Assembly: GCA_963836825.1 (NCBI GenBank)
Contig: CAWILI010000008.1
Location: forward strand, 80,235-144,234
DNA from: an uncultured Actinomycetota bacterium
Lineage (GTDB): Bacteria; Actinomycetota; Actinomycetes; Actinomycetales; Microbacteriaceae
Reading direction: 5' to 3'
Length of the DNA stretch: 64,000 nucleotides
Under the pieces are notes generated by a model. The model searched no databases, was not told where the DNA came from, and saw only the letters and a list, made by a program, of their open reading frames with translations. Positions 32,424 to 43,830 of the stretch are shown here, in pieces (position 1 is the first letter of the stretch; every line of letters starts with the position of its first letter). The position numbers were made by a program, and so were the translations under genes.

Positions 32424-33896
32424 TCAGGCGTCGGCGGCCGTGATGCCGACCGTCGACTCGATGACGGGCTTCATCTTCTTGTCGAGCGCCTCGAAGAACA
32501 TCGACAGCGGGAACTCGTCGTCCATCACGAGGTCGGTGTAGCCCTTGGGCGGGCCGGCGAGCACCTCGCGCGGCAGGCCCTCGGCCCACATCGACGCCGG
32601 GTTGGGCGTGAGCACGCTGCGCACGAGTTCGTACGCGGCGAGCCAGTGCGCCGTCTTCGGCCGGTCGATCGACTTCCAGTACAGCTCGTCGATCGCGTCG
32701 CCGAGCTCGACGACCGCGTCGGGCACGGCCGCCCAGTCGAAGCTGAGCGACACGTCGGTCCACTCGAGCACGTGCTTCTGGTGCAGCCACGCGAACAGCA
32801 GCTGGCCGCCGAGCCCGTCGTAGTTGCGCACGCGCGAACCCGTGATCGCGAACCGGAAGATGCGGTCGAAGATCACCGCGTACTGCACGAGCTTCGCGTG
32901 CTCGAGCAACTGCTGCTCGACCTCCGCGAGTGCCGGCGCCGAGCCGCCTCCGGTGCGCTCCGTCGTCGACTTCGCCTGCAGCTCGCGCTCGATCTTCACC
33001 GACTCGCGGAATGCGGTCAGGTCGCACCGCAGCTCTTCGAGCGAGTACAGGAAGAACGGCATGCGCTGCTTGATCATGAACGGATCGAACGGCAGGTCGC
33101 CGCGCATGTGCGTGCGGTCGTGGATGATGTCCCACATCACGAACGTGCGCTCGGCGAGCTCTTGATCGTCGAGCAGCGATGCCGCGTCGGCGGGGAGTTC
33201 GAGCTTCGTGATCTCGGATGCCGCTCGCACGACCCGGCGGTAGCGCGCCGCCTCGCGGTCCTGGAAGATCGCGCCCCACGTGAACGTCGGGATCTCGCGC
33301 ATCGCGACCGTCTCGGGGAACAGCACCGCCGAGTTCGTGTCGTACCCGGGCGTGAAGTCGACCAGGCGCAGGCTCACGAAGAGCTTGTTGCCGTAGTCGC
33401 CCGCCTCGAGCGCGGCGATGAACTCGGGCCAGATCGTCTCGACGACGAGCGCCTCGACGTGCCGGTCGGTCGAGCCGTTCTGCGTGTACATCGGGAACAC
33501 GACCAGGTGGCGGATGCCGTCGACGCGGTGCCGCTGCGGCTGGAACTCCACGAGCGAGTCGAGGAAGTCGGGCACGCCGAGCCCCTCGCCCTGCCACTTG
33601 CGGAAGTCGGCCTGCAGCGCCTCGAGGTACGCCGCTTCGTGCGGGAACCGCGGTGCGAGTGCGGCGATCGACTCGACGATGGTGTCGACGAGCGCGGATG
33701 CCTCGGGCCGAGCCTGCTCGTCGGGGACCGAGCCGTCCTTCACCTGCAGCGACTGCAGCGCGGTGGCCGCCTGCTTGAGCGCGAGCCACGCGGGATCGGT
33801 CTCGACGCCGGCCGCGAGTGCGATCTGGGCGGCGGTGACCTCGTCTTCGAGGACCTCGGGTTCGCCGACGACGGCGTCGATGGTGGTGTTCGACAT
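32424..33896 (-). CDS. DUF6421 family protein
   Basis: HLVVFPMYTQNG, GYDTNSAVLFPET, WDIIHDRTHMRGDLPFDPF, YSLEELRCDL and DDEFPLSMF, recognised from memory as this actinobacterial family; GGAGG RBS. Confidence 0.8.
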   Translation of the reverse strand: MSNTTIDAVVGEPEVLEDEVTAAQIALAAGVETDPAWLALKQAATALQSLQVKDGSVPDEQARPEASALVDTIVESIAALAPRFPHEAAYLEALQADFRKWQGEGLGVPDFLDSLVEFQPQRHRVDGIRHLVVFPMYTQNGSTDRHVEALVVETIWPEFIAALEAGDYGNKLFVSLRLVDFTPGYDTNSAVLFPETVAMREIPTFTWGAIFQDREAARYRRVVRAASEITKLELPADAASLLDDQELAERTFVMWDIIHDRTHMRGDLPFDPFMIKQRMPFFLYSLEELRCDLTAFRESVKIERELQAKSTTERTGGGSAPALAEVEQQLLEHAKLVQYAVIFDRIFRFAITGSRVRNYDGLGGQLLFAWLHQKHVLEWTDVSLSFDWAAVPDAVVELGDAIDELYWKSIDRPKTAHWLAAYELVRSVLTPNPASMWAEGLPREVLAGPPKGYTDLVMDDEFPLSMFFEALDKKMKPVIESTVGITAADA

Positions 33897-34254
33897 GTGA
33901 ACCTCCGTTCCTCGTTGAGGGGATCTGCGTGGGTGTTGGTCGCGACGCGATTCGTCGCGCCCCTCAAGGCTACGAGCGTTCCCTGTGCGATTGCTTGCGG
34001 TGCGGCGCGGGAATGCTGCGTGAGCGCAAGAATCCGCGCCGCAGATCGCCATCGGGCCGAAAGAGCGGCCGCGCCATACGGAGCGGATCCGCTCAGCACT
34101 GGCACGTGTCGCCGTCCACGCCAGCACCAGTGGCGGGGTGGTGGCAGTACCTACGACGATCCCGGTGCAGGTCCCGATGACGCACGATTCCTGCGCCCAT
34201 AACTTGAGTCTTGTTCAGTTCTCATCACCCCCCAACATAGAACAGGAGAGAACC

Positions 34255-34794
34255 ATGAACAGCAAGAAGGCCGGCGCAGTTGCACTCAGCGCCGTGGCAC
34301 TCGTCGTACTGGTCAGCGGATGCGCCGGTGTGCGTTCGCAGGTCGACGCGGGTCAGCGGGCAGTCGAGCATCACCTCGCTGCAGAACCAGGCCGACACCC
34401 AGCGCCGCGAGATGGCCGAGCTCCGTGCTCGCCAGCACGCCACTCCGCTCGACGCGTCGAAGCTCGCCGCGAACGAGGCCGATCCGCTCCGACAAGCAGG
34501 CCTCGACGCAGCAGAAGGCGGCGGCGAGCATCGGCGGTTCGGTCAACCGCGTGCAGGAGGCGATGCGGGCCGACAAGCAGGCAGCATCCGCCAAGAGCCG
34601 ACTCTCGGCAGCCGAAGCGCAGGGCGCTCCGCCTCACCCAGCAGGCCGAGGCGTACCGCGCCCAGGTCGAGCAGCACGCACTCGAGCAGACCGCGCCCGA
34701 AGAGCGCCGCGCTCGACCCCGCCGACCCGAGGAGCCCAGGACACGTCACCGACGAGGAGCGCGCGCGCAGCACCCGCAGCAGGAACAGCGGTGA
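34255..34794 (+). CDS. Putative lipoprotein, Ala/Gln-rich helical (several indels; end uncertain)
   Basis: AGGAG RBS; MNSKKAGAVALSAVALVVLVSGC lipobox; downstream terminator. Confidence 0.6.
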   Translation: MNSKKAGAVALSAVALVVLVSGCAGVRSQVDAGQRAVEHHLAAEPGRHPAPRDGRAPCSPARHSARRVEARRERGRSAPTSRPRRSRRRRRASAVRSTACRRRCGPTSRQHPPRADSRQPKRRALRLTQQAEAYRAQVEQHALEQTAPEERRARPRRPEEPRTRHRRGARAQHPQQEQR

Positions 34795-34824
34795 CCCCGC
34801 TGTACCCCCTGCATTCCCCACAAC

Positions 34825-34862
34825 GAGAAGCGGGATCGAGCCATGGCCCGGTCCCGCTTCTC
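34825..34862 (+). terminator. Hairpin terminator after the lipoprotein gene
   Basis: gagaagcgggatcgagcc / ggcccggtcccgcttctc followed by tgt. Confidence 0.65.
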
Positions 34863-34913
34863 TGTGCCGTCATCGCCCCGCCGGCGCGCGTCGATAGAGT
34901 GCGGCATGTGGGA

Positions 34914-35672
34914 ATGGCATCGGAATCGCCCGAGCTGACCGCCTCGGCGCTCGCCGCGGCGATCGACGCCGCGGGAGACGCCGACGATGCCCGGTTCCTG
35001 CAGCGCTTCTTCAAGACGGGCCCGGGCCAGTACGGCGAGGGCGACGTCTTCGTCGGCGTGCGCGTGCCGGCGACGCGAGCGATCGTCAGGCGATTCGAGC
35101 GGATGCCCCTCGCCGAGGCATCGGCACTGCTCGACAGCCCCGTGCACGAGCACCGGCTGGCGGCGCTCCTGGTGATGGTGCGCCGGTTCCGGGTGGCGAG
35201 CGCTGCTCGCACCCGCGACGATGCCGCGCGGGCGGCCCTGCACGAGGCGTACCTCGACGCGGTGCGTCGGAGCCGGGTGAACAACTGGGACCTCGTCGAT
35301 GCATCGGCCGACTCGCTCGTGGGCGAGTTCCTGCGCGAGTCGGGCCGGGGCGACGACGCGCTGCTCGACGAGCTCGCGGCATCCGACTCGCTCTGGGAGC
35401 GGCGCGTGGCCGTGCTCGCGACGTTCGCGTTCATCAAGGCCGGCGACGGCACGCCCATCCTTCGGCTCGCGCCCCGCCTGCTCGATGATCGCGAGGACCT
35501 CATGCACAAGGCCGTGGGCTGGATGCTGCGCGAGCTCGGCAAACGCGTCGCGCGGGGCGCGCTCACCGGATTCCTCGATGAGTACGCCCCGCGCATGCCG
35601 CGCACGATGTTGAGTTATGCGACCGAGCACCTCACGCCCGACGAGCGCGCCGCGTACCGCGCGATGCGGTAG
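34914..35672 (+). CDS. DNA alkylation repair protein (AlkD-like)
   Basis: FFKTGPGQYGEGDVFVGVRVP, VNNWDLVD, LWERR and DLMHKAVGWMLRE. Confidence 0.9.
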   Translation: MASESPELTASALAAAIDAAGDADDARFLQRFFKTGPGQYGEGDVFVGVRVPATRAIVRRFERMPLAEASALLDSPVHEHRLAALLVMVRRFRVASAARTRDDAARAALHEAYLDAVRRSRVNNWDLVDASADSLVGEFLRESGRGDDALLDELAASDSLWERRVAVLATFAFIKAGDGTPILRLAPRLLDDREDLMHKAVGWMLRELGKRVARGALTGFLDEYAPRMPRTMLSYATEHLTPDERAAYRAMR

Positions 35673-35675
35673 CGA

Positions 35676-37169
35676 TCAGCGCACGGCGGCGACGAGTTCG
35701 GCGTCGGATGTCGCGGGCTCGATGCCGGCTGTCGCCGGCTCGACGTGCTCGGACCCGCGGCCGGCCGGGAGCAGCAGGGCGACGAGCGCCGACGCGATGA
35801 GCACCGCGGCGCCGACGAGCACCGCCGGCTGGGCGCCGACCGTGTAGTCGACGGGCGTGAGCGCGCCGCCCGCTCCGGTGAACACCGCGGTCGACACCGC
35901 GATGCCGAGTGCGACGCCGACCTCGCGCAGCATCGAGTTCGTGCCGCTCGCCTTGGCGTGGTCGTCGGGGGCCATGCCCGCGAGCACGGCCGTCGCCGAC
36001 GGGGCGAACACGAGCCCCATGCCGATGCCCGCCATGAGGAACGGCGCCACGTAGTTCGAGTACGCGAGGTCGGCGTCGAGCAGGCCGCTCAGCCAGAACA
36101 GCGCGCCGCCGAGCACCGTGAGGCCCGCGACGATGAGGGCGCGGGTGCCGACGCGCGGGGCGATGAGCCCGGCGAGCGGCGCGACGACCATCGGGCGCGA
36201 GCGTCCACGGGGAGGTCTGCAGGGCGGCCTCGAGCGGGGTCGCGCCCTGCACCACCTGCAGGAACTGGATGAGGATGAAGATCGAGCCGAACGCGCCGAA
36301 GCTGAATCCGAATCCGACGAGGTTCGCCACCGTGAAGCTGCGATTGCGGAAGAGCCGCAGCGGCAGCAGCGGTGCGGCGGCCCTGCCTCCCACGCCACGA
36401 ACGCGACGAGCAGGACGCCGCCGGCGATGAGGCTGCCCATCACCTCGAAGCTGTCCCATCCGGCGTCGTTGCCGCGCACGATGCCGTAGACGAGCCCGAG
36501 CAGCCCGACGCCCGAGAGCACGAGGCCGACGATGTCGGCGCGCAGCCGCGCGCCGAAGCTGTTGGGCAGCGCGATGAGGGCGAGCGCGACCGAGATGACG
36601 CCGACGGGCACGTTGATCCAGAAGATCGCCTGCCAGACCCAGCCCTCGAGCACGGCGCCGCCGATGAGCGGGCCGGTGGCGACGCCGAGGCCGGTGACGC
36701 CGCCCCAGATGCCGATCGCGAGCGCTCGGCGGGCGAGCGGCACCGCGCCGACGAGCAGCGTGAGCGACAGCGGCATGATCGCGGCGGCGCCGAAGCCCTG
36801 CAGGGCGCGGGCGACGATGAGCTGGCCCGAGTCGGTCGAGAGCGCGGCGAACGCCGAGCTCAGCGTGAAGACGACGATGCCGATGACGAAGAGGGTTCGG
36901 CGGCCGTAGCGGTCGCCGAGCGCGACCGCCATGAGGATCGTGCTCGCGAAGGCGAGCGTGTACGCGTTCATGAACCACTGCAGCTCTTCGACGGATGCCC
37001 CGAACTCGGCGTGCAGCACCGGCAGGGCGTTCGTCATCACGAGGTTGTCGAGGGTGGCCATGAAGATCGGGAGTGCGGTGGCGACGAGCACGAGCCAGAG
37101 CGGGCTCGGTCGCCGCGTGGACGACGGCCGCGAAGGTGCGAGCGGCCCGGCATCGAGGACGGTGGACAT
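35676..37169 (-). CDS. DHA2 family MFS efflux transporter (indels)
   Basis: FMATLDNLV, LQWFMNAYTL, LGDRYGRR and WIFWINVP-like WQAIFWINVP. Confidence 0.92.
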   Translation of the reverse strand: MSTVLDAGPLAPSRPSSTRRPSPLWLVLVATALPIFMATLDNLVMTNALPVLHAEFGASVEELQWFMNAYTLAFASTILMAVALGDRYGRRTLFVIGIVVFTLSSAFAALSTDSGQLIVARALQGFGAAAIMPLSLTLLVGAVPLARRALAIGIWGGVTGLGVATGPLIGGAVLEGWVWQAIFWINVPVGVISVALALIALPNSFGARLRADIVGLVLSGVGLLGLVYGIVRGNDAGWDSFEVMGSLIAGGVLLVAFVAWEAGPPHRCCRCGSSAIAASRWRTSSDSDSASARSARSSSSSSSCRWCRARPRSRPPCRPPRGRSRPMVVAPLAGLIAPRVGTRALIVAGLTVLGGALFWLSGLLDADLAYSNYVAPFLMAGIGMGLVFAPSATAVLAGMAPDDHAKASGTNSMLREVGVALGIAVSTAVFTGAGGALTPVDYTVGAQPAVLVGAAVLIASALVALLLPAGRGSEHVEPATAGIEPATSDAELVAAVR

Positions 37170-37184
37170 GTCGGCTCCTGAGTT

Positions 37185-37226
37185 GTAATCGAATGATTAC
37201 TTGCAGAGTAGTAATCGACTGATAAC
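37185..37226. promoter_or_regulatory. Tandem TetR operators
   Basis: GTAATCgaatGATTAC (37185-37200) and GTAATCgactGATAAC (37211-37226) in the AT-rich gap between divergent MFS and tetR. Confidence 0.85.
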
Positions 37227-37847
37227 ATGTCAAGCATGACGATCGAAGAGGTTTCCACCGCCCCGCGCATGAAGGCCGCCGATCGCCGCGAGCTCATCCT
37301 CGAAGCGGCCACCGCGGTCTTCGGCGCGAAGACCTACGTCGGCACCACGACCGACGAGGTCGCGCGCGCCGCCGGGGTGAGCCAGCCCTACGTCGTGCGG
37401 CTCTTCGGCACGAAAGAGAAGCTCTTCATCGCCGTCATCGAGCGCGCCTACGCGCGACTGCTCGACGAGTTCCGGCTCGCACTGCCGGGCGACCTCGAGG
37501 GCCGCTCCGAGCGCATGGGCACCGCCTACACCGGCCTGCTCGCCGAGCGCGGAATGCTCTCGGTGATCGCGAACTCCACCGCCCTCGGCGGCGAGCCCGA
37601 GATCGGCCGGGTCGCCCGTGCCGGCTTCAGCGCCATCTGGCGGTTCGTGCGCGAAGACGCCGGCTTCTCGGCCGAAGAGACCCGGGCGTTCATGGCCACC
37701 GGCATGCTCATCAACACCATCGTGGGCCTGCGCCTCACCGGCGACTACGGCACCGAGCAGGCCGCCACCGAGGTGCTCGACACCTGCTTCCTCGACTCGG
37801 TCGAGAAGGCGCGCAACCTGATGCCCGAGGCCGGCGAGCCCTGGTGA
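37227..37847 (+). CDS. TetR/AcrR family regulator
   Basis: RRELILEAATAVF..TTDEVARAAGVSQPYVVRLFGTKEKLF. Confidence 0.93.
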   Translation: MSSMTIEEVSTAPRMKAADRRELILEAATAVFGAKTYVGTTTDEVARAAGVSQPYVVRLFGTKEKLFIAVIERAYARLLDEFRLALPGDLEGRSERMGTAYTGLLAERGMLSVIANSTALGGEPEIGRVARAGFSAIWRFVREDAGFSAEETRAFMATGMLINTIVGLRLTGDYGTEQAATEVLDTCFLDSVEKARNLMPEAGEPW

Positions 37848-37925
37848 TCCGCGCTGTCGGCCGGCCATCCCGTCGTCTCGGCCGCGTCGGCCGAGTCCTG
37901 AGGGATCGTCGCTTAGGGTGGCCGC

Positions 37926-39523
37926 ATGCGGCGCGGTCGGCGAAGCCGGTGGCGGGCGGGGATCGGACTCATCGCCCTGCTCGCGCTCGCCGGGTGCGGC
38001 GCCGTTCCGCCGGGCGTCGACGACTCGGGGCGCAGCTCGGCGCCCACCGCCGAGTCCGATCGACCCGCGACGACGCCGCCGACCCGGCACCGACGACGCG
38101 GCCGACGAACCGAACTCGTCGACGCCGATCGCAGCCGCGCGCCGACCTCGGCTACCGCCTTCCGCGCCTCGGGCCCGACGACGCGCCCGGCATGGTGGCC
38201 CGCCTCGCGGCGATGGCGGCGCCCGAGTTCGCGGTCGTGGTGCGCTGGGCGACCCCGGCGGGCGTCACCGCCTTCGGCGACGCGCTCGACGCGCGGTTCG
38301 CCGACCTCGCGCGCGGCACGGCCGCCGCGCATGGGGTTCCCTGGACGCCCGGCGTCGACATCGCGCCCGGCGGCGTGGGATCGGCGTGCGCGCAGCATCC
38401 GCTCACCGCGCCGGTCGGCGTGAGCCTGACCGTCGACTGCCAGATCGTCGCCGCGGCCGGCTCGGTCGTCGGTGAACGGCTCATCGTGCTGCGCCGCGAC
38501 GGGGCGTCGGCCGCGCCGCTCGAACGCACCGTCTGGTACGCGGATGTCGCGACCGGCGAGATCGGCGACGGCTCGGCCCTGTACCGACCGGGCACCGAGC
38601 GGCGAGTGCTCGCGCTGCTCGCCGAGGGACTGCGCGCAGGCGGGTTCGCGCCGACGCCGTCGACCCGTTCGCTGCGCTCGCGCCCGAGGCGGTTCGCACG
38701 ATGCTCGCCGACACCGTCGTCACCGCCGACGACCTCGTGGTGCAGGTGCCGCTCGAGCCGAGCGCCGACGGGCGCGGGCGCCGACTCGTCTCGGTGCTCG
38801 TGCCGGCGCGGCTGCTCGCGCCGTTCCTCAGCCCGTTCGGTGCGGCCGTGCACGCGGTCGGTCGCAGGGGGAGCAGCCGTTCCGCGTCGCGGATGCGCCG
38901 GCCGCGGCCGACCCGATCGACTGCACGCTCGTCGCGTGCGTGTCGATCACGTTCGACGACGGCCCGGCCTCGATGACCGACGAGCTCATCGGCCTGCTCC
39001 ACGAGTGGCGGGCGCCGGCGACGTTCTTCCTGCAGGGCGTGAACGTCGAGCGGCGCCCCGACGTGGCGACCCGGATCGTCGCCGAGGGCCACGAACTCGG
39101 CAACCACACGTGGAACCACCCGCAGCTCACGAAGCTGCCCGACCCCGAGGTGCGTGCACAGGTGCAGCGCACGCAGGCCGCGATCGCGACGCGACCGGCG
39201 TGACGGCCGAGTCGTTGCGCCCGCCCTACGGCGACGTCGACAAGCGGGTCCGCGGGGTCGTCGGCCTGCCGATCGTGGTGTGGGACGTCGACACGCTCGA
39301 CTGGACCGACCCCGGCAGCGCCGCGGTCGCCGAGCGGGCGGTCGGGCAGTCGTCGCGCGGCAGCATCGTGCTGATGCACGACACGCACTCCGAGACGATC
39401 GCCGCCGTTCCCGACGTCATCGACGGCCTGCGCGATCGCGGCCTCACGCTCGCGACGGTCAGCGAGCAACTGGGCGGCGCGTATCCCGCCGCCGGGCAGA
39501 CCGTGTCGCACGGGCCGCGCTGA
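37926..39523 (+). CDS. Lipoprotein polysaccharide deacetylase (CE4/NodB domain; several indels)
   Basis: LAGC lipobox; ITFDDGP, ATFF, GNHTWNH, RPPYG, WDVDTLDW and IVLMHD motifs. Confidence 0.85.
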
Positions 39524-39558
39524 GCGGCGACAGTGCCGACGCAGGCCATGATGAGTGC

Positions 39559-40045
39559 ATGGACGCACCCGCACCGCTCCGCACCGGCACCGAACCGCTC
39601 GAACCGCGTACTCATCGTGATCCTCTGCCGTGATCGGCGCCCTGGTCGTCGTCGCGCTCGTCGTCGTGTTCACGCGAGGGGCTCCCGCGCCGCTCGACGA
39701 GTCGACGCCCGAAGGCGTGGTGCAGCGATACTCGGCCGCGGTGATCGAGGGCGACGAGGCCGCCGCGATCGACCTACCTCGTGCCGGCGCTCGGCGACGA
39801 TTGCGTGCCCCATCGAGACCGGCTCCGAGCAGGACTTGCGCGTGACCCACGTCTCGACCACCCAGCGCGATGACACGGCCGATGTGCGCGTGCTGATCGC
39901 CACGACGTACGACGGCGGACCGTTCGGGTCCTCGACCTACGAGGAGGAGGGCGAGTTCGACCTCGTCCGAGACGGCGACGGCTGGCTGATCGAGTCGGCG
40001 CCGTGGCCGCTCACGATCTGCGACCCGGCGTCGGTGAAGGGATGA
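39559..40045 (+). CDS. Hypothetical membrane-anchored protein (indels; start uncertain)
   Basis: TM segment IGALVVVALVVVF, then LDESTPEGVVQRY and FDLVRDGDGWLI; coupled to the next gene. Confidence 0.6.
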
Positions 40046-41730
40046 CCGCGATGGATGCCTCGGCAGGTCCTGCCGCCCCGACCGGTCGAGCCGGCGGGCT
40101 CGGCGCAGGGAACCGTGCGACGCCTGATCGTCTACACGATCCTGTTCGCGCTCGTCACGATCGCCGCGATCGGCGTCGCCGGCCTGCTCGAACGGCTGCT
40201 CGGCTTCGGCTCCGCGTTCGCGTCGGCGGCACCGCCGACCTCGCGCGATCGCTCGCCTTCGCACTCATCGGCGGTCCGCTCGCGGCGGTGCTCTGGTGGG
40301 CGGTGTGGCGCCGGCTCCGTGACGAGTCCGAGCGCACGTCGCTCGCCTGGGGCCTCTACGTCGCGGCCATGTACGCCGTGTCGCTCATCGTGGCGACCTC
40401 GGCACTGGTCGGCACGGCGACGGCGCTCGTCGACGAACGGTGGCAGCCGGGCACGTTCGCCACCGGTGTGGTCTGGGCACTCGTGTGGGTGTGGCATCGG
40501 TGGATGTGGCGGCATCCGGTGAAGCGCCCGGTGCGGCTGCGCACGGTGCCCGCCGTCATCGGGACCGTCTTCGGCCTCATCGTCGGCGTGGGCGGCGCGG
40601 TGTACGCCCTCGGCGCGCTGTTCGACACGGCGATCCGCGGCGCTGTCGAACCCGCGATCGCCGGAGGCCCGTGGTGGCAGGGACGGTCGACGGGGCTCAT
40701 CTGGGCGGTGGCCGGCGCGGCTGATCTGGTGGTGGCACTGGTACCGCGAGGGCGCGGCGCACCTGCGACACGCGCTTCGCCGCGGTCGGGCTCGTGGTGG
40801 TCGGCGTGGGTGGCGGGGCCGTGCTGATGCTCGGTGGGCTCGGCACCGCGCTGTGGGTCGGGCTCCGCCTCGCCTTCGATCCGAGCGAGTCGGCCGGCGA
40901 AGTCCTCCGCCCGCTGGGAACGGCGCTCGCGTCGGCGCTCGTCGGCGCAGCCGTCTGGACCTACCACCACCACGTCGCCACTCATCGGTGACTGCACTCG
41001 CCGCCCGAGCACGCTGGTCATGTCCGGGGTCGGCCTCGTCGGGGCGGCGTCGGGCATCGGCGTCGTCGTGAGCGCGGCGCTCGCGGAGTTCGTCAGCCCG
41101 CTCGCGGCGTCGGATTCCCGTTCGCTGCTGCTCGGCGGCATCAGCGCGCTCGTCGTCGGCGGCCCCGCCTGGTGGCTGAGCTGGAAGCCTCTCGCGCGCA
41201 CCGACGCGGCCGAGATCGCATACCCCGGCCGACGGGTGTACCTCATCGCCGTCTTCGGGGTGAGCGCCGTCGTGGCGCTCGTCGCCCTGCTCGTGGTCGG
41301 CTTCCGCGTCTTCGAGTTCGGACTCGACGCGAACACCGGCGAGAGCCTGATCGACCGCGTGCGCGGTCCGCTCGGCCTGCTGGTGGCCGCCGCGCTCGTG
41401 TTCGGCTACCACTTCGCCGTCTGGCGGCACGACCGGGCGATCATCGCCGCCGCGGGGCTGGGCTCCGAACGGCGCATCGGACGAGTCTTCCTCGTGGCCG
41501 CGGGTGACGTCGCGGCGCTCGAGCGGGCGATCGCCGATGCCACCCGGGCGTCGGTCACCGTCTGGCAGCGGGCGGTGGCCGAGCCGGCTGCGGAACCGGG
41601 TTCGCAATCGGACGCCCCACTGCGATGCCTGCGGCTGTCGTCGCCGGCGCTCGACGGGGTCGCGGGCCGGCGCGTGCTCGTGATCGCCGGCCCCGGCGAC
41701 CGGGTCGAGGTCGTGCCGCTGGCCGACTGA
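40042..41730 (+). CDS. Multi-pass membrane protein (DUF5671-like; several indels)
   Basis: [45 protein letters not shown] and VFGYHF repeated helical units. Confidence 0.7.
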
Positions 41731-41790
41731 GCCGGTCGGATCGAAGCCCGCAGGCGGAGCCGCGCGGACGTCTGGCGCGGCGGCGTCGCG

Positions 41791-43830
41791 TCAGCCGGCG
41801 AGCACCGCGGCGATCCGCGCGGGCACCTCGCCGTCCTGCAGCGACGTCGTGTCGCCGAGCGCACGCCCCTCGGCGAGGTCGACGAGCAGGCGCCGCATGA
41901 TCTTGCCCGAGCGGGTCTTCGGCAGTTCGGCGACGAACAGGATGTCGCGGGGCTTCGCGATCGGCCCGATCGCGGTCGTCACGTGGGCGCGCAGCGCGCA
42001 GTGCTCGAGCGGCGGCCTCGGCCGAGGCATCCGCTCGCCCTTCGACGCCGTCGCCGGTGACCACGAACGCGGCGATCGCCTCGCCCGTCGTGCCATCGGT
42101 CACGCCGACGACGCCGGCCTCGGCGACGTCGGGGTGGGCGACGAGCGCCGACTCGATCTCGATCGTCGAGAGCCGGTGGCCCGACACGTTGATGACGTCG
42201 TCGACGCGTCCGAGCAGCCAGATGTCGCCGTCGGCGTCGACCTTCGCGCCGTCGCCCGAGAAGAACGAGCCGCGGTGCGCGAACCGCGCCCAGTACGAGT
42301 CGCGGTACCGCTCGGGGTCGCCCCACACGGTGCGGGCCATGCCCGGCCACGGTGCCGTCGATCACGAGGTAGCCGCCCTCGCCGCGGGCGACGTCGTCGC
42401 CGTGCTCGTCGACGACGCGGGTCGTGAGCCCGGGCAGCGCCCGCAGCGACGGAGCCGGGCTTCAGGGTCGAGAGTCCGGGCAGCGGCGCCATGACCGCGG
42501 CACCCGTCTCGGACTGCCACCAGGTGTCGACGATCGGGTGCGCGGCCGGCGCCGAGCTCGTCGCGGAACCACTCCCACGCGGCGGGGTTGATCGCCTCGC
42601 CGACCGATCCGAGCAGGCGGATCGTCGAGCGGTCGTACTCGGCGGGCACGCCCGTCGGGGAACCAGCTCATGAACGAGCGGATCAGCGTCGGCGCCGTGT
42701 AGTAGGTCGTCACGCCGTAGCGCTCGATGACCTCGAAGTGCCGGCCGGGGTGCGGGGTGTTCGGCGTGCCCTCGTAGATGACGCTCGTCACGCCGTTCAG
42801 CAGCGGCCCGTAGAGCACGTACGAGTGCGCGGTCACCCACGCGAGGTCGGCGGTGCACCAGTACACGTCGGTGTCGGGCTTCGCGTCGAACACCGAGCGG
42901 AAGGTGCTCGCCGCGTGCGTGAGGTACCCGCCGCTCGTGTGCACGAGCCCCTTCGGCCGGCCGGTCGTGCCCGACGTGTAGATGATGAAGAGCGGCGTCT
43001 CGGCGTCGAAGAACTCGGCGTCGTGATGATCGGATGCCCCGCCGACGGCCTCGTGCCACCACACGTCGCGGCCCGGGGTCCAGGGAATGCCGGGTGTCTC
43101 GTCGCCGGTGCGGCGCACGACGAGCACGTGCTCGACGTGGTCGAGCCCGGCGACGGCCTCGTCGGCCGCGGCCTTCACCGCGACGGCCGTGCCGCGACGG
43201 AACTGCCCGTCGCTCGTGATGAGCAGCTTCGCTCCGGTGTCCTCGACGCGGAACCGCAGCGCCTCGGCCGAGAACCCGCCGAACACGAGCGAGTGGATGG
43301 CGCCGAGCCGCGCGATCGCGAGCGTGGCGATGATCGTCTCGAGCAGCACCGGCAGGTAGACGACGACGCGGTCGCCCTGGCCGATGCCGAGGGCGGTGAG
43401 CGCGTTCGCCGCGCGCGCCACCTCGCGCTCGAGCTCGGCGTAGGTGAGCGAGCGGCGGTCGCCGCGTTCGCCCTCGAAGTGGAACGCCACCTGGTCGCCA
43501 CGGCCCGCCGCGACGTGCCGGTCGACGCAGTTGACGGCGACGTTCAGGCGCCCGCCCGCGAACCACGTGGCCCGGGGGATCGTCGTGGCCGAGGCATCCG
43601 TCGGCTGCCACTCGTGCAGGGTGTGCCACGGCTCGGCCCAATCGAGGCGCTCGGCCTCGCGCGCCCAGAACGCGAGCGGGTCGGCCTCGGCCGCGGCGAC
43701 GAACGCGGCGTCGGCGTTGGCGGTCGCCGCGAAGGCGGGGTCGGGCGGGTAGGTTCGCGACTCGTGCGCGAGGGTCGTGATCGCCGGGCCGGTGCCGGTG
43801 CCGGGTGCCGTCGACGGCCACGGCGTTCAC
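41791..43830 (-). CDS. acs: Acetate--CoA ligase (several indels)
   Basis: [61 protein letters not shown] and [12 protein letters not shown]. Confidence 0.92.

Noticed and set aside
33897-34254. SAM-IV or other known riboswitch upstream of DUF6421
   Set aside because: I could not find the conserved core sequences by eye; kept only as an unassigned structured region
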